A DNA stretch of 45,022 nt from a virus (Duplodnaviria > Caudoviricetes), in IMG/VR virus record IMGVR_UViG_3300021560_000007, positions 1 through 45,022 of that record. The stretch is one strand, 5' to 3'. Each line of letters starts with the position of its first letter. Position 1 is the first letter of the stretch. Below, one piece after another: positions 42,863-45,022 of this stretch. Made by a program: the position numbers and the translations under genes. The notes under the pieces are model-generated. The model was not told where the DNA came from. It saw only the letters and a list, made by a program, of their open reading frames with translations, and ran no database searches.

Positions 42863-45022
42863 ATGGAGCGCCTCTTCTACACATTCAAGGACACCGGTAC
42901 GGCGACTATGTACGACCCGATGGATCCGGGTTCGTATGAGCAATTTATCCAGTCTCTCATCAATGATTGCAAGGATTATGAGAATTCGGTGCTCGCCAAG
43001 AATCGAGACACCGCGCAGAAATATTATTATGGGATGTTGCCTAGCATCGGGGCAGTTCCGCCAGAGACATCGGCGATCATAACCGATCCAAACGCCACAT
43101 TCGACGACATCCTGAACCCCGAATACAACACTCAGACGCAGAATAAATCGACGTTTGTTTCGACGGACGTTCGAGACGCCATTTTAAACATCCTTCCGTC
43201 CCTGATCCGTATATTTGGGGCGTCGGAGAATGTTTGCAATGTCGTCCCGAGAACTCAGCAAGAAATCCAAATTGCTGATGAGGCGACGAAATATGTCAAT
43301 TATGTGTTTTGGCAGGACAATCCGGGGTTCTTGATTATCTACGGCGCGTTTAAGGACGCGATGACGGTCAAGACGGGATTCGTCAAGTGGTGGACAGATG
43401 ATAACCGGCAGTTAGCTTATAAGACATTCGTGAACTTGAATCAAATGCAGGTTCAACTTCTACTTCAGGAAGGACAGGATCAACAGGCGCGGGTATTTCA
43501 AGCATCGCAGCCTGATCCGCAGACAGGTATTTATGAGCAGGTGATATTTGAGTATGAGGTTTCGAAGCCGATTATCCGTGTCGCTGGAGTTCCGCCCGAG
43601 GAGATGAGACTTGATCGCTACGCGCGCACGTTAGGAAAAAGTCGCGTTATTGGCCACGAACGCATCGTCTACATTGACGAACTTGTGTCAATGGGCTACG
43701 ACCGCGATCTCTGTGCCAACTATATTCAGACGCAGGATATCCACAACTTTACGATGGAGGCTCAACTCCGCAATGAAGGTCGCGGAATGTCGACCCGAAT
43801 TGGCGATGGCGTGATGTATGGCGAATACTATATCTGGATCGACAAGGATAATACCGGTGCGCCCCAGCTTCGCTACATCTGCACGATGGGAGAAGATCAC
43901 GCTATTGTTAACGATGAGCCTGCGAATCGCGCTAAATTCGCCTGTTTTGGTGTTGATCCTATTAGTCATACTATTGTCGGTGATTCCATAGCCGATCTCA
44001 CCATTGACTTGCAGCGTATCAAGACCAACATGTTTCGCGGGGTGTTGGACTCTCTCGCCGAGTCAATCAACCCCAAGGTCGCCGTCAACGAGTTGATGAC
44101 AAACATCGACGATGTGATGAACGACGACCTTGGGGCCATTATTCGGACACGCGGTGATCCCAATGCGGCAGTTGCTTATACTCAGACACCGTTCGTCGGT
44201 CAACAGGCTCTCCCGATCATCGAACTGCTCAACGAGGTATTGCAGCGGCGGACGGGCTTATCAGATGCTGCGAAGGGACTTGATCCTAAGGCTCTGCAAT
44301 CCTCTACGATGATTGGCGTTGACGCTATTATTTCGGGGGCGCAAGAGCGCATCGAACTTATTGCCCGTGTCCTCGCCGAAACTGGCTGGAAGGATCTCTT
44401 TCAGGGAATTTACAATGAAGTTTGTGAGAACCCTAACCAAAAGAGAGTTCTCCGGATCAATGATAATTTTGTCCCGTTTGATACTTCTCTATTCGATGCT
44501 TCGATGGCGGTCGAAATCAACCCGACCCTTGGGAAAGGCACCGACGTCACGCGGATGATGGCGTTGCAGCAGGTGAAGGCGGATCAGACGCAGATAGTTA
44601 GTCAGATGGGTCTCAACAATCCCATCTGTGGCATCCAAGAGATGATGAATACCGTAACGGATATGCTTGGGTTGTTGAACATCAAGAATGTCCAGCGGTA
44701 CTTCAAGATGCCTGATCCGCAGACTCTGCAGCAGATGATGTCGGCTCCGAAAGAGCCTGATCCGATGTCCGTTGCTGCTAAGGCACAATATGAGAAAGTC
44801 AAAGCCGATTCGGCCAAGGCAGTTGGTCAACAAAACCTTGATCAAGAGAAGGCTCAAGGTCAGGAGAGAATCCAAGAAGCTCAGTTGGCTCAGAAAACGA
44901 CTTATGAGAACCAACGCATCGAGCTCGAACGCCAGAAGTTGGAGCAGACACACCAATATGAGATGGAGAAACTCCAGGTCGAGCGAGAAAAGAATATCGC
45001 GATGGCTAATAGACCAGTGAGC
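42863..45022 (+). CDS. Portal protein (P22-like), about 722 aa, ending at 132 across the junction; absent from the ORF track
   Basis: SD AGGAGG, ATG at 42863; translation MERLFY...YYYG...FVSTDVRDAI..ILPSLIRIF...YVNYVFW.DNPGF...KDA...KTGFVKWW. Confidence 0.9.
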   Translation, partial: MERLFYTFKDTGTATMYDPMDPGSYEQFIQSLINDCKDYENSVLAKNRDTAQKYYYGMLPSIGAVPPETSAIITDPNATFDDILNPEYNTQTQNKSTFVSTDVRDAILNILPSLIRIFGASENVCNVVPRTQQEIQIADEATKYVNYVFWQDNPGFLIIYGAFKDAMTVKTGFVKWWTDDNRQLAYKTFVNLNQMQVQLLLQEGQDQQARVFQASQPDPQTGIYEQVIFEYEVSKPIIRVAGVPPEEMRLDRYARTLGKSRVIGHERIVYIDELVSMGYDRDLCANYIQTQDIHNFTMEAQLRNEGRGMSTRIGDGVMYGEYYIWIDKDNTGAPQLRYICTMGEDHAIVNDEPANRAKFACFGVDPISHTIVGDSIADLTIDLQRIKTNMFRGVLDSLAESINPKVAVNELMTNIDDVMNDDLGAIIRTRGDPNAAVAYTQTPFVGQQALPIIELLNEVLQRRTGLSDAAKGLDPKALQSSTMIGVDAIISGAQERIELIARVLAETGWKDLFQGIYNEVCENPNQKRVLRINDNFVPFDTSLFDASMAVEINPTLGKGTDVTRMMALQQVKADQTQIVSQMGLNNPICGIQEMMNTVTDMLGLLNIKNVQRYFKMPDPQTLQQMMSAPKEPDPMSVAAKAQYEKVKADSAKAVGQQNLDQEKAQGQERIQEAQLAQKTTYENQRIELERQKLEQTHQYEMEKLQVEREKNIAMANRPVS
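44900..45022. repeat. Terminal direct repeat, right copy (identical to 1-123)
   Basis: Exact match to the window start. Confidence 0.95.

Noticed and set aside
1-45022. tRNA genes, integrase/att site, repressor, reverse transcriptase/DGR, stop-codon recoding
   Set aside because: None recognised by eye; core genes are intact under the standard code and all three stop codons are used

Overview
The window is an apparently complete dsDNA phage genome of about 44.9 kb. Bases 1-123 repeat 44900-45022, and the portal gene reads through that junction. The morphogenesis genes look podovirus-like (P22-type portal and tail, internal ejection proteins), and no integrase or repressor is recognisable, so it is probably lytic. 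The + strand arm (about 38.8 kb through the junction to 19.4 kb) carries a PEP-CTERM-type surface protein, terminase, an Acb2/Tad1-like anti-defence gene, portal, scaffold, capsid, tail, ejection proteins and a GH19 lysin. The - strand arm (about 19.4-38.6 kb) carries early and replication genes: primase-helicase, SSB-like protein, family A polymerase, nuclease and SNF2 helicase. Eleven near-identical sigma70 promoters lie on the - strand (ten in this arm, one inside the late operon). CTTGAC -35 boxes and a PEPxxWA-CTERM signal suggest an alphaproteobacterial host (inference). The main finding is a probable 2-aminoadenine (Z-genome) module: a PurZ-type adenylosuccinate synthetase homologue flanked by two putative nucleotide pyrophosphohydrolases, plus a polymerase with non-canonical motifs A, B and C, but no recognisable datZ HD dATPase. 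Other candidates are enzyme-carrying virion proteins that share a GTTLN/PNLQ tag, promoters whose -10 box sits inside an inverted repeat, structured leaders sharing a 12-mer upstream of the primase and polymerase, a three-copy early protein family, and an unlisted antisense membrane micro-peptide. All family assignments come from motif recognition by eye; no database search was run.
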